Counted from the first letter of the stretch, positions 32,516-44,078 are shown. The stretch is 64,000 bases of DNA from Gammaproteobacteria bacterium (GCA_015488885.1 WFMW01000028.1:63-64062), one strand, 5' to 3'. Notes: generated by a model from the letters alone, not told the origin. Translations and numbers: made by a program.

Positions 32516-33439
32516 ATGAAAACATCAGCACTTGCACGCAATCCATTTAATGATCAATACAAAATTGGTACACCCTTTGACCTGGATGACGAGCCTGCCT
32601 ATCAGTCATGGGTAGAAGAAAAAATGGACAATTATCCACAGCATATTGAGGATATTATTGTTGAAGTTGCTAACCCGGCTGATTTATCAACAGCGGAAAT
32701 AGCGCGAATAACACAGCTGTGCAAAAAGACCAATATGGTTATTTACGCAGGCAATACCGGTACGGATGACGACAAGGAAATACCCACCAGGCTTGGTCGT
32801 CAGTTCAAGCTGTATTTAGCAGATAACAACAGGGGCGCTGATGATGGTATAACTGCACTCAGGGTGGTAAACGACGAATGGCGCAGTGAATATATTCCCT
32901 ATACTAATCATCTGATTCACTGGCATACCGATGGCTATTATAATGCTATGAATTATCAGATTCGGGCACTTTTGCTGCATTGTGTTCAGCCGGCATCCAG
33001 CGGTGGTGAAAACGCACTGCTGGATCATGAAATTGCCTATATCCATCTGCGTCAGAAAAATCCGGCATATATTCGCGCTTTAATGGCCGCAGACGCAATG
33101 ACCATACCGGCTAATATCAATAAACAGGGCGAGATCATTCGACCCGAACGTTGTGGCCCGGTTTTTTCTGTGGATGCTGATGGCAAACTGCATATGCGTT
33201 ATACTGCACGTACCCGTAGTATCATCTGGAAAGATGACGACATAACCCGACAGGCCGTGAAACAGCTTGCTGATTTTCTAGCATCGGATTCACCTTATAT
33301 TTTTCGCGGTACCTTGCAATCTGGCCAGGGGCTAATTAGTAATAATGTATTACATGATCGTTCGGCCTTTGAAGAAACGGGCGATACCCGCCGCTTGCTG
33401 TATCGACTGCGTTATTTTCAGCGTATTGCCGCTACCTGA
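32516..33439 (+). CDS. TauD/TfdA-family Fe(II)/2-oxoglutarate dioxygenase
   Basis: HWHTDGYY (HxD), LLHCVQPASSGGEN, NNVLHDRSAF, RLLYRLRY. Confidence 0.82.
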   Translation: MKTSALARNPFNDQYKIGTPFDLDDEPAYQSWVEEKMDNYPQHIEDIIVEVANPADLSTAEIARITQLCKKTNMVIYAGNTGTDDDKEIPTRLGRQFKLYLADNNRGADDGITALRVVNDEWRSEYIPYTNHLIHWHTDGYYNAMNYQIRALLLHCVQPASSGGENALLDHEIAYIHLRQKNPAYIRALMAADAMTIPANINKQGEIIRPERCGPVFSVDADGKLHMRYTARTRSIIWKDDDITRQAVKQLADFLASDSPYIFRGTLQSGQGLISNNVLHDRSAFEETGDTRRLLYRLRYFQRIAAT

Positions 33440-33453
33440 GGTTTTTATTAACC

Positions 33454-33563
33454 CGGCGATAAAGCCTTGCCTTGCTCAAGACCGTCAGCCGCATGGATGC
33501 GGGTGTCGAGCGTACATGGATGTATTTACAGCGCGTCTTGAGCAAGGCAAGGCTTTATCGCCG
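33454..33563. repeat. CATGGATG hairpin element (REPIN-like), copy B, between convergent units
   Basis: 29-bp perfect inverted repeat 33454-33482 / 33535-33563 enclosing two CATGGATG hairpins. Confidence 0.88.
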
Positions 33564-33591
33564 TTCAATTAATCAAATAAGCACACTGGCT

Positions 33592-34086
33592 TTAGCCAAA
33601 CAAGCGCTCGTAAACGGGCAGGCTTTTTTGCAGAATAGATTCAAGCAACGCCGATATTTTATGTGAATCCATATCCATGCCATCAAGAAAGTTTTTCACA
33701 TATAAACCCAGTTCAGTATCGCCCTGCATATGTAGACGTCGGCTGAAAAACAGGGTGTCGGTATCTTCGCGCCGACTGGCAAGTAGCAGGTAGTTATAGA
33801 CAGTTCCCTGAAGTATCACATCGGCAGAACGTCTGCTGTCAGCAATGACAAGTTTATTATTGTTCAGGCTGAAGCCGTATTTTATGCCGGCATCTTCAAT
33901 AATAATATGAATAATTTTTCCCTGCAGAAAGTCCAGTTCGCCATTATTTAATTCCTGATGGAAGAGTCGGTTGAGGCTTGTTATCAGCACTCTGTTATGG
34001 ATAAAAGCCGGCATATACTTCAGCGGCAAGGCCAGCGGAGCAGGCAATAATGGCTGTGGTTGTGCTGATGGCTGTGATCGTTGCAT
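33592..34086 (-). CDS. ubiT: SCP2-domain lipid carrier UbiT
   Basis: GELDFLQGK, LLASRREDTDTLFFSRRLHMQGDTELGLYVKNFLD; next to ubiUV. Confidence 0.9.
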   Translation of the reverse strand: MQRSQPSAQPQPLLPAPLALPLKYMPAFIHNRVLITSLNRLFHQELNNGELDFLQGKIIHIIIEDAGIKYGFSLNNNKLVIADSRRSADVILQGTVYNYLLLASRREDTDTLFFSRRLHMQGDTELGLYVKNFLDGMDMDSHKISALLESILQKSLPVYERLFG

Positions 34087-34121
34087 GAGATTCTCTCTTC
34101 TAAAATTCAGGGTTACAGGTG

Positions 34122-34694
34122 TCAGAGATTCCTTAACCAGTATTCATGGATGCGAGTATCGCCGCTTAATTCGGGATGAAACGACAAAGCTAAATGCCTG
34201 TCTGCCTGAATCATGACGGCTTCATTTTTATAGCAGGCGAGGATTTTTACCTGTGGTGCCATGTCCGTGATACCGGGCGCACGAATAAAAGTGGCCGGAA
34301 AAGCGTTTCCATTAAAGTCACTGTCTGCCAGTTTGATCGCCGTGGTAAAACTGTGAACCTGACGTCCATAATGGTTACGTAAAGCTTTAAACGGGATAAG
34401 CCCAAGAGGTTCAACCCGTTTATCATCCACCTCCGTGGCCATCATAATCATGCCCGCACACACGCCCATTACCGGGTGAGAAGCAGCGAAGATTTTAATC
34501 GCTTCGTATAAGTCATATTGCTGTATCAGTAGACTGATGGTAGTGGATTCGCCACCAGGTAAAATCAGTGCTGCACAGTTTTTCAGTTCTTCAGGCCGAC
34601 GAACCAGTACCGGCGTAATCCTCAGTGCCGATAAAGTATCCACATGTTTCTGGTAAGCACCCTGCAGGGCAAGGATGCCAACAGTTTTACGCAT
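34122..34694 (-). CDS. pdxT: PLP synthase glutaminase subunit
   Basis: GILALQGAY, LILPGGESTT, GVCAGMI, RNHYGRQ, FIRAP, SFHPEL; ATG at 34694. Confidence 0.95.
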   Translation of the reverse strand: MRKTVGILALQGAYQKHVDTLSALRITPVLVRRPEELKNCAALILPGGESTTISLLIQQYDLYEAIKIFAASHPVMGVCAGMIMMATEVDDKRVEPLGLIPFKALRNHYGRQVHSFTTAIKLADSDFNGNAFPATFIRAPGITDMAPQVKILACYKNEAVMIQADRHLALSFHPELSGDTRIHEYWLRNL

Positions 34695-34749
34695 TGTGTT
34701 CCGGGTTTCCTGATTGATTATGACAGATTTATCATTGCGGCTTGAGCAT

Positions 34750-35643
34750 TTACCAGCCACGTGCGGCGAGGCGTTCATCTTCAGGGATCTCTGACATTTC
34801 CAGACCTTTCATGCCAGCTTGCAGGCCACGACTAACCTCAAGTAAAACAGTCGGGTCATCAAAATAGGTGGTGGCTTTGACAATTGCCCGGGCACGCGCA
34901 GCCGGATCGTCCGATTTGAAAATGCCCGAGCCGACAAACACCGCTTCTGCGCCTAATTGACGAACCAGGGCAGCATCGGCGGGGGTAGCAATGCCCCCGG
35001 CAGAAAAATTGGGAACCGGTAATTTACCATGTTCGGCAACATAACAAACCAGATCGTAGGGTGCGCCCATGTCTTTGCTGATAGACATTCGTTGCTCTTT
35101 TGATACGGTTGTCAAACGCTGCATTTCATTTTGCAGGGCACGCATATGGCGTACCGCTTCAACAATATTGCCGCTGCCAGCTTCACCTTTGGTACGTATC
35201 ATGGCTGCGCCTTCACCAATACGGCGCAGGGCTTCACCCAGGTTTGTGGCACCACAGACAAACGGCACGGTAAAATCGCGCTTGAAAATATGGTTACTTT
35301 CATCTGCCGGTGTCAAGACTTCGGATTCGTCTATAAAATCAACTTCGAGTGCCTGCAAAATCTGTGCTTCAGCAAAATGCCCGATCCGGCATTTTGCCAT
35401 CACCGGTATAGAAACCGTCTGCTGAATTTCTTCAATCATTTTCGGGTTGGACATGCGCGCCACACCACCGTCACGGCGAATATCAGCGGGAATCCGTTCC
35501 AGTGCCATCACTGCACAGGCACCGGCATCTTCAGCAATTTTTGCCTGCTCCGCATTGGTAACATCCATAATTGCGCCGCCCTTAAGCATTTCGGCAAGAC
35601 CAATTTTTACTGAAAAATCATTTTGTTGAGTATCATTGTTCAT
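34750..35643 (-). CDS. pdxS: PLP synthase lyase subunit
   Basis: [58 protein letters not shown]. Confidence 0.97.
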   Translation of the reverse strand: MNNDTQQNDFSVKIGLAEMLKGGAIMDVTNAEQAKIAEDAGACAVMALERIPADIRRDGGVARMSNPKMIEEIQQTVSIPVMAKCRIGHFAEAQILQALEVDFIDESEVLTPADESNHIFKRDFTVPFVCGATNLGEALRRIGEGAAMIRTKGEAGSGNIVEAVRHMRALQNEMQRLTTVSKEQRMSISKDMGAPYDLVCYVAEHGKLPVPNFSAGGIATPADAALVRQLGAEAVFVGSGIFKSDDPAARARAIVKATTYFDDPTVLLEVSRGLQAGMKGLEMSEIPEDERLAARGW

Positions 35644-35724
35644 GTTAAATAGTAACCAGTTAATAAAATATTGAGATGATTGTTTTGAATCGGACTACTG
35701 AATCAACCTATTGTACATCAATTT

Positions 35725-37320
35725 TTAATGACTGGTACCTGCTGAACGATGGATTTTATTATAAACATTATATTTGCCTACCGGTTTGCTCATTGGCAGA
35801 CGTTTGACAATTTTAAAGGTTTTTGTGTCATAAACGATAACTTCACCTTTATTTTCCCAGATGCTTAGCAATGCCCGACTGCCGTCACGATTAAATTCTA
35901 TGTGTCCTGAGGTTTTGCCGGGATCCGGGTTGAGGGTTTTAACAATTTTGAGGGTGCGTTTATCAATAATATGTACTTCGTCTTTATGCGGACCGACAAA
36001 AACATCCACCCAGGCATAGGGGGTGTTTTCATGGCTGCGGATAAAAAAGCCGGGGCCATCGGTTTTAATTTTTTTGATAGTTTTCCAGGTGTGCATATCG
36101 ATAACTGTTACCAGACCTTTACGCAGGTTAGGGGTAGCAAGTACCGTGGTATTTTTGTATTTCCAGGTGATGCCTGAACCTAAATGTGGCATTCCAGGCA
36201 GGTCAATATCGGCAATTTTTTTGCCCACGATAAGGTCAACAACCTGGCCTTTTTTGCCGGTGCGTGAAGCACCAATAAGATATTCATAAGACTGGTCAAA
36301 AAAGAAATCATCCAGATAATCGTGCAGTTTTATCCGCCGTATGGGGAATTTTCCGGTTTCTGCCAGGCCTTCACCAGAGCGATAGTCATGCACATAACCG
36401 GGATAAATTTTTGGCGGGTGATCGCTGTAATTAATTTCCCAGACTTCTTTTATATCTTTTAAGGCCACAATGAAACTGTGCCGGGGTGGTGCGGTATAGA
36501 CAGCGCTAACCCGTGATGAGTGGCCTTCATCATCTTTAACGTCGATGACTTTTATCAGGCTAAGGTCACGGGCATCGAGGATTACCAGTGTGTGGGGCAG
36601 GGTATTACCAACCAGTACGTAACGGTCATCCGCAGACACGGCGGCATTACGGGTATTGATGCCAGCGCGAATTTCAGCCACTGTTTCCAGCGTGTACATA
36701 TCAAACTTGCTAATCCAGCCATCACGTGAAGCAAAATATACATAGCGTCCAGTGGAAGAAAATTTAGGCCCGCCATGCAGTGCAAAACGTGATTTAAAGC
36801 GTTTAATGGGCACCATTTTATCGCCATCAAGCACGGTCACATGGTGGTCGCCACTTTCCACAACCAGAAACAGATTTAGCGGGTCGGCACTGTAAACCGG
36901 TTTAACATTTTTGGCATTGCTGCGTGCAAAGGCTTTCTTATAAATGATATGGCTATGGTTAATTTCTTTTTTACCCCATACGGGAATGTGGGGTAAGGGG
37001 GTATATATTAAATTAACCAATGCCTGTATCTGTTGATCATTTAATTTATCAGCATAGCCAGGCATCTGAGTGGCAACTCGACCATATTTGATTACTGCAG
37101 GAGCCTTAGTTTTTTTTAGGCGCTGTAGATTTTCTGGTAACAGAGCCGGGCCAGTTTCACCGAGTCGATCTTTACCGTGGCAACTGGAACAATATCTGGC
37201 AAATAACTGTCGGGCAGATAAGTTGCTGTTGGCAGATTGTGCAAAAACTAGCCATGGCTGACAGGTTGTGAGGAAAATAACAAAAAATAGAAGCTGTTTC
37301 TTCATGGTGTGCTTATTCAT
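35725..37320 (-). CDS. nirN: Heme d1 biosynthesis dehydrogenase NirN (cytochrome c plus d1 beta-propeller)
   Basis: CSSCHG, ALHGGPKF, PHLGSG, KPVGKYNVYNK; last nir gene. Confidence 0.9.
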   Translation of the reverse strand: MNKHTMKKQLLFFVIFLTTCQPWLVFAQSANSNLSARQLFARYCSSCHGKDRLGETGPALLPENLQRLKKTKAPAVIKYGRVATQMPGYADKLNDQQIQALVNLIYTPLPHIPVWGKKEINHSHIIYKKAFARSNAKNVKPVYSADPLNLFLVVESGDHHVTVLDGDKMVPIKRFKSRFALHGGPKFSSTGRYVYFASRDGWISKFDMYTLETVAEIRAGINTRNAAVSADDRYVLVGNTLPHTLVILDARDLSLIKVIDVKDDEGHSSRVSAVYTAPPRHSFIVALKDIKEVWEINYSDHPPKIYPGYVHDYRSGEGLAETGKFPIRRIKLHDYLDDFFFDQSYEYLIGASRTGKKGQVVDLIVGKKIADIDLPGMPHLGSGITWKYKNTTVLATPNLRKGLVTVIDMHTWKTIKKIKTDGPGFFIRSHENTPYAWVDVFVGPHKDEVHIIDKRTLKIVKTLNPDPGKTSGHIEFNRDGSRALLSIWENKGEVIVYDTKTFKIVKRLPMSKPVGKYNVYNKIHRSAGTSH

Positions 37321-38576
37321 GGTAATACACGGTGGCCTTTAGCCGGTTTGTTTGGGTTAATTTGTCTCGACCATGGTGTCAGTTGTAAACGGTTTTGTTG
37401 TTTATCCACCCCAATCTCTGCATTAGATAAATAACAGCCCGGATCTTCTGCCCAGAAATTACCTGTTAACTGCCATGCGCGTGTGCGTGAATTGCCACCA
37501 CAGATGCGCAGAAATGAGCAATGTGCACAGCGTCCTTCGACTGGCCGTGAGGTTTGTTTAAGACCTGCCATTAGCGGGTCAGAAGTATCTGACCAGATTT
37601 GTGAGAAAGGCCGCTGTTTGATATTACCAATTGTATAATCCCACCACATCGTATCAGGATGGACATTACCGATATTGTCAATATTGGAAATATTAACCCC
37701 TGATGCATTTCCACCCCAGTTGTTCAACAGGTGGTGAATTTTTTCAGCATATTGAGGCAGGTGTTTTTTTACCCATAAAAGCAGATAAACGCCATCGGCA
37801 TCATTATTTCCAGTAACAAACTCCCGTCGTTTCGTTGTACCTTTATTAAACTCAATCACGTCATTCCAGCAGGTTTCAAATAAAAGATCCATTGCCTCTC
37901 GTGTCATTTTATGGTGCAGGTCATTACTGCGATTTTTATTGCCACGACCAGCATAATTAAGATGCGATAGATAAAATTTGTCAATTGCTTCGTCTTTCAT
38001 TAACTGTAACAAAGCAGGCAAATCCTGCTGGTTATCCTGAGTCAGGGTAAAACGCAGGCCAACTTTAATGTCAGCATCATGGCACAGACGTATGCCGTGT
38101 AAGGCTTCATTATAGGCCCCCTGCTTACGGCGAAATTTATCATGGGTTTCAGGTTTGCCATCAATACTGATGCCTACATAGTCATAGCCAACCTGTTCGA
38201 TTTTTTTGATATTATCTTTATTAATCAGTGTTCCATTGGATGACAGACCAACATAAAAACCCATGTTTCTGGCACGGTGAGAAATGTCAAAGATGTCCGG
38301 GCGCATCAAGGGTTCCCCACCGGAAAGGATAAGCACACGTACACCGTAGGCTTTCAGGTCGTCCATTACCCGATAAACAGCAGCTGTATCCAGCTCATCG
38401 GGAAAAATTTTATCTGCCGATGTGGCATAACAATGTTTGCAGGTAAGGTTACAACGCCGGATTAAATTCCAGATAACAACTGGCCCAGAAGGTTTAGCCG
38501 TTATAGCAGGTTTAACGGCATCTGGTGCAGGTGTTTTATTGTTCAGCTGATACAGGTACTGGCTTAATCGAAACAT
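37317..38576 (-). CDS. nirJ: Heme d1 biosynthesis radical SAM protein NirJ
   Basis: MFRLSQY, IWNLIRRCNLTCKHCY, YLSHLNYAGRG, GNNDADG, EDPGCYL. Confidence 0.95.
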   Translation of the reverse strand: MFRLSQYLYQLNNKTPAPDAVKPAITAKPSGPVVIWNLIRRCNLTCKHCYATSADKIFPDELDTAAVYRVMDDLKAYGVRVLILSGGEPLMRPDIFDISHRARNMGFYVGLSSNGTLINKDNIKKIEQVGYDYVGISIDGKPETHDKFRRKQGAYNEALHGIRLCHDADIKVGLRFTLTQDNQQDLPALLQLMKDEAIDKFYLSHLNYAGRGNKNRSNDLHHKMTREAMDLLFETCWNDVIEFNKGTTKRREFVTGNNDADGVYLLLWVKKHLPQYAEKIHHLLNNWGGNASGVNISNIDNIGNVHPDTMWWDYTIGNIKQRPFSQIWSDTSDPLMAGLKQTSRPVEGRCAHCSFLRICGGNSRTRAWQLTGNFWAEDPGCYLSNAEIGVDKQQNRLQLTPWSRQINPNKPAKGHRVLP

Positions 38577-38590
38577 GGCTTATTATCATT

Positions 38591-39592
38591 TCAGGCAGCA
38601 AGGCGCATACCGGTTTTTTTGAGAATGGCAGAACTGAAGAGAATGTCCGATGACTGGCAGTGACTACCCAGCAATGTTTTTATCTGCTGTGTTTTTTCCA
38701 TTACTTCATCTTTGTTATGCCCATGCACCATGGCAAATAGATTATAGGGCCACATGGGTAAATGTTTTGGCCGCTGGTAACAGTGGCTGACAAAATTTAG
38801 TTTGCCTGTTATTTTCCCCATTTCCATTAATTTATCATCATTAACATTCCACACGGTCATCCCGTTTGCACTAAGACCCAGTTTATAATGATTGGGCACT
38901 GCGCCAATACGACGGATAATGCCACAGCTTAACATTTGTTTTAAACGTTGTATTACCATCGTTTCAGTTAGGCCAATATTTTCTGCAATACGACAATAAG
39001 GTGTTGGTTCAATCGGTAAGCCAGTTTGTGTCGCACGAATCAATTTTTTATCTATTTCGTCGATGTGATAAACAGATGGTGGAGGCGAGTCATTAGTGAC
39101 TGGTTTGCTGTCAATTTTAATGGTACTGGCGCACCCTGATGATGACAAATGTAACCATAAACCGATATAAAATTCATGCTGTTTGGGAAAGTTATAAACC
39201 TTGAGGCCAGTTTTCTGTTCAATTTCAGTCAGTATGGTCGTGATTTCTACAGCTGTTTGTGTCGCTAAAACAAACCACATATTCAGTGTATGTTCACGTC
39301 GGTAATTATGAGCAACCTGTGGATAAGCATTAATTAACTCAGTCACCATTGTGTAGCGATCAGATGGCACTGATATTGCGGCCAGTGTTAAATTTCCACC
39401 AAGATGGTCTGCATTATATAAAGGACCAAAACGTGTCAGATATCGACGAATTTTTAGTTTATTAACGGTTTCGATTAATTCATCCTGATCACAGTCAAGC
39501 TGTTTTGCCAGCTGTCTGAATGGGTTTTTTGTTAAAGGAAAATTACCCTGACAGGTATTAATAAACTGGCGCTCAAGTGTATTCAGTTGCAT
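38591..39592 (-). CDS. nirGH: Siroheme decarboxylase NirG-NirH fusion
   Basis: N-half AhbA-type (RFGPLY..GGNLTLAA, VAHNYRREH..NMWFV); C-half AhbB-type (IRRIGAVPNHYKLG, HCYQRP, WPYNLFAMVHG). Confidence 0.85.
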   Translation of the reverse strand: MQLNTLERQFINTCQGNFPLTKNPFRQLAKQLDCDQDELIETVNKLKIRRYLTRFGPLYNADHLGGNLTLAAISVPSDRYTMVTELINAYPQVAHNYRREHTLNMWFVLATQTAVEITTILTEIEQKTGLKVYNFPKQHEFYIGLWLHLSSSGCASTIKIDSKPVTNDSPPPSVYHIDEIDKKLIRATQTGLPIEPTPYCRIAENIGLTETMVIQRLKQMLSCGIIRRIGAVPNHYKLGLSANGMTVWNVNDDKLMEMGKITGKLNFVSHCYQRPKHLPMWPYNLFAMVHGHNKDEVMEKTQQIKTLLGSHCQSSDILFSSAILKKTGMRLAA

Positions 39593-40199
39593 TGTTTATA
39601 CTCATTTTTTCAGATTTAACCAGATGCAGACGGTTTTTATGGCCATGAGGGTTTGATTGTTTACTGTTGCAATGGCTATCCTGAGTATAGCTGGCACCAC
39701 GTTGTTTGAAACGACGAGTACTGAATAGAATGTTATGGTTGATGGATTGCAGGCCGCATTTTTCTACTATCTCAGTCACCTTTTGTTTAACTTCTTCTCT
39801 ATTGCTGCCATGTACCATGGTAAATAAATTATATGGCCACTGAGGCAAATGGCGAGGACGGTGATAACTGAGGGTTACACAGGCATATCTGCCAATACAG
39901 GTACCTAGTTCATCGACTTTATCATCTGCTATATCCCATACCACCATGCCGTTTGCATGGTAACCGAGTTCTTTATGGCGAACCACCACGCCATAACGTT
40001 TAATCACTCCAGTGGTGATTAACTGCTGTATGCGTTCAATCACTTCCTGTTCAGTAACATTAAGCTGGCTGGCGATTTTTGCGTAGGGACGATGACAAAT
40101 AGGCAGACCATGTTCAACACATTTAATGAGAGCATAATCACCGGGATTCATTGGTATAATCGTTTTATTTGAATGTGGTCTGTTATCAAAATTAAGCAT
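39573..40199 (-). CDS. nirL: Siroheme decarboxylase subunit NirL
   Basis: KRYGVVVRHKELGY, RPRHLPQWPYNLFTMVHG, FSTRRFKQRGA. Confidence 0.88.
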   Translation of the reverse strand: MLNFDNRPHSNKTIIPMNPGDYALIKCVEHGLPICHRPYAKIASQLNVTEQEVIERIQQLITTGVIKRYGVVVRHKELGYHANGMVVWDIADDKVDELGTCIGRYACVTLSYHRPRHLPQWPYNLFTMVHGSNREEVKQKVTEIVEKCGLQSINHNILFSTRRFKQRGASYTQDSHCNSKQSNPHGHKNRLHLVKSEKMSINNATEYT

Positions 40200-40674
40200 G
40201 TTTATACGCCCACTTAAGTTCAAAACCCAGGTCAATAAAGTAGTCCTCCAGCATAGGCAAAGACATTAGCGAGTATTGTGTCTGTAGCTCAATGTCATGC
40301 AGGACAATATTCAACTGCTCTTCATTCGCTGCCGTTACCACAAACCAGAGATTGTATTCATGCTCACGTTCATAATTATGATTAACCTCAGGAAATGCAC
40401 TGATAATATGCGCGACAGGCTCCAGCTCATGCTCTGGTACTGACATTGCAGCCAGGGTACTGACGCCTATTCTATTGGGACGGAATACTGGGCCAATGCG
40501 ACTGATATAACCATTTTCCTGTAATAACTGCATGGATGCAATAACTGTTTCTTCAGTCACACCCAGTTGTCTGGCCATATCAGCAAAGGGCGTAGCGGAT
40601 AATGGCATATCACGTTGAAAATCATTCAACAGGTGCTGTTCAAGATCGCTTAGCTGGTGGTCTGCACCGTTCAT
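40192..40674 (-). CDS. nirD: Siroheme decarboxylase subunit NirD
   Basis: LLNDFQRDMPL, SRIGPVF, STLAAM, VNHNYEREH.YNLWFV. Confidence 0.88.
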   Translation of the reverse strand: MNGADHQLSDLEQHLLNDFQRDMPLSATPFADMARQLGVTEETVIASMQLLQENGYISRIGPVFRPNRIGVSTLAAMSVPEHELEPVAHIISAFPEVNHNYEREHEYNLWFVVTAANEEQLNIVLHDIELQTQYSLMSLPMLEDYFIDLGFELKWAYKHA

Positions 40675-40675
40675 T

Positions 40676-41878
40676 TTATAAGCCTGTCTCATGAGCGCGA
40701 GAAGTTAGAAATATACCACTGGGCTTCCTGGCTTTAATGCTGCTATCCAGCCTGTAGGTATCGGTGTTATAAACATTAACGCGATTTTTGTCGCGTACAG
40801 AAACCCACACCTCTTCACCGCGTGGTTCAAATGCCATATGCAAAACCCCTTTACCGGGTACCAGTGTTTTCACTATCTTTAAAGTTTCGGTATTAATAAC
40901 CTGTACCGTGTCATTTCTGGGTACGGCAAAATTTACCCAGACATAATGGCCATCGGGTCTGGCCATAACAAAAATAGGTTGGCCATGTACCGGGATACGT
41001 CCAGCTTCGGTCCAGTTTTGTGTATTGATAACCAGAACTTCATGGTGACCAACGGCCGGTACAAAAGCACGGTCACCGGCAATGGTCCAGCCTTCAAGAT
41101 GGGGCATTTTATAGACGGGTAATTTTTTTTCACCTTTTCCATAATGGTTAAGAATACGTTTAACACCTTTATTAATATGCCATAAATCCAGCATTGCCAT
41201 GCCATCTTCACCAAACAGACCGGCAATATAATAACGGCCATTGGGTGTAATCAGTGCATCATAGGGATTCTTGCCAATATTTTTGAATTTGGTAATACGT
41301 GGTTTATTATGGTTTTTAGCCAGCGCCTGTTTTGAAAAATCTGCTATCCATATCTGTCCGGCATCCCACAGGCTGAAGACAAATTTTTCGCCTGGGGCAT
41401 CAACCAGTCCAACGACTTTTGAACGTTTGCCCGAGTTACCATAGCTTGCCGGTATATCGGCAACTAGTTCTAATGTTTTTGAGTTAAATACCTTTACGCC
41501 ACCCGGTGTATAATTGGATACCGCAATCAGACGGCCATCCTGAGAAATAGCACCACCGATACTGTTGCCAGACTGGATAATGCGTTTAACAATTTTATGC
41601 GCCAGCATATCTATTTTTGTAAGACCACCATCACGACCAAAAATATAGGCAAATTTTTCATCTCGTGAATAAACCACTGTCGCATGCGACAGGTCACCCA
41701 TGCCGGTGATACGGGCAAGGCTGGTATTGTGTGTGGTTTCTATAATTTGTATCGAACCCGTTGCGCGTTCGATAACAACACCCAGATCACCCGTACCACG
41801 CTGAGCAAAGGCATTAAAACTGAGTAAAATGCTTACTACCACAAAACACAGGCGTTTTATTTGTCGTTGCATTAGCAT
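40676..41878 (-). CDS. nirF: Heme d1 biosynthesis protein NirF
   Basis: RGTGDLGVVIER, DLSHA, FGRDGG, PVYKMPHLEGW, KPSGIF; ATG overlaps the nirC stop. Confidence 0.92.
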   Translation of the reverse strand: MLMQRQIKRLCFVVVSILLSFNAFAQRGTGDLGVVIERATGSIQIIETTHNTSLARITGMGDLSHATVVYSRDEKFAYIFGRDGGLTKIDMLAHKIVKRIIQSGNSIGGAISQDGRLIAVSNYTPGGVKVFNSKTLELVADIPASYGNSGKRSKVVGLVDAPGEKFVFSLWDAGQIWIADFSKQALAKNHNKPRITKFKNIGKNPYDALITPNGRYYIAGLFGEDGMAMLDLWHINKGVKRILNHYGKGEKKLPVYKMPHLEGWTIAGDRAFVPAVGHHEVLVINTQNWTEAGRIPVHGQPIFVMARPDGHYVWVNFAVPRNDTVQVINTETLKIVKTLVPGKGVLHMAFEPRGEEVWVSVRDKNRVNVYNTDTYRLDSSIKARKPSGIFLTSRAHETGL

Positions 41879-42210
41879 TAATCGGGTGCTCCAGTTGTGC
41901 CATTTAATAATTGATCTGCTATCCATGAAGCGTCATCACGGGAAAGTACGCCTAGCCAGGCGGGCATGGGGGTATTTTTACGTCCATGCAGAATGGTCGA
42001 AACAATAAACGCCTTTGATTTGCCTGCCAGTGCGGTTGGCCGAAGTGATGGCCCCAGACTACCTTTCAGCGTAATACCATGACAGGCACCACAGTCTTCA
42101 AGTAGCAGGTCATGCAATTCAGCTTTGCGTGATGCGCTTATGCCAGCACTAACCGTGGCTGAGACAAGCATAAAACAGGCCATAAATAGCAGGGGTTTTA
42201 TTATAGTCAT
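41878..42210 (-). CDS. nirC: Monoheme cytochrome c55X NirC
   Basis: Signal peptide, DCGACHG..LKGSLGP, GRKNTPMPAW. Confidence 0.88.
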   Translation of the reverse strand: MTIIKPLLFMACFMLVSATVSAGISASRKAELHDLLLEDCGACHGITLKGSLGPSLRPTALAGKSKAFIVSTILHGRKNTPMPAWLGVLSRDDASWIADQLLNGTTGAPD

Positions 42211-42218
42211 AACTAAGT

Positions 42219-42250
42219 GCGTTGCGGGCAGATTATTCAGCCCGCAACGC
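42219..42250 (-). other. GC-rich stem-loop just 3' of nirS
   Basis: GCGTTGCGGGC / GCCCGCAACGC 11-bp stem with no U-tract. Confidence 0.6.
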
Positions 42251-42274
42251 CCCGTTTACCTTCTACCTGAGGTG

Positions 42275-44026
<1,752 letters not shown>

Positions 44027-44064
44027 TCACACGCAGACAGTAAACAAATAATAGATAAATGTGT

Positions 44065-44078
44065 TTGACTTACATCAA
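44065..44078. promoter_or_regulatory. FNR/DNR-type box proximal to nirS
   Basis: TTGAC-TTAC-ATCAA. Confidence 0.78.
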
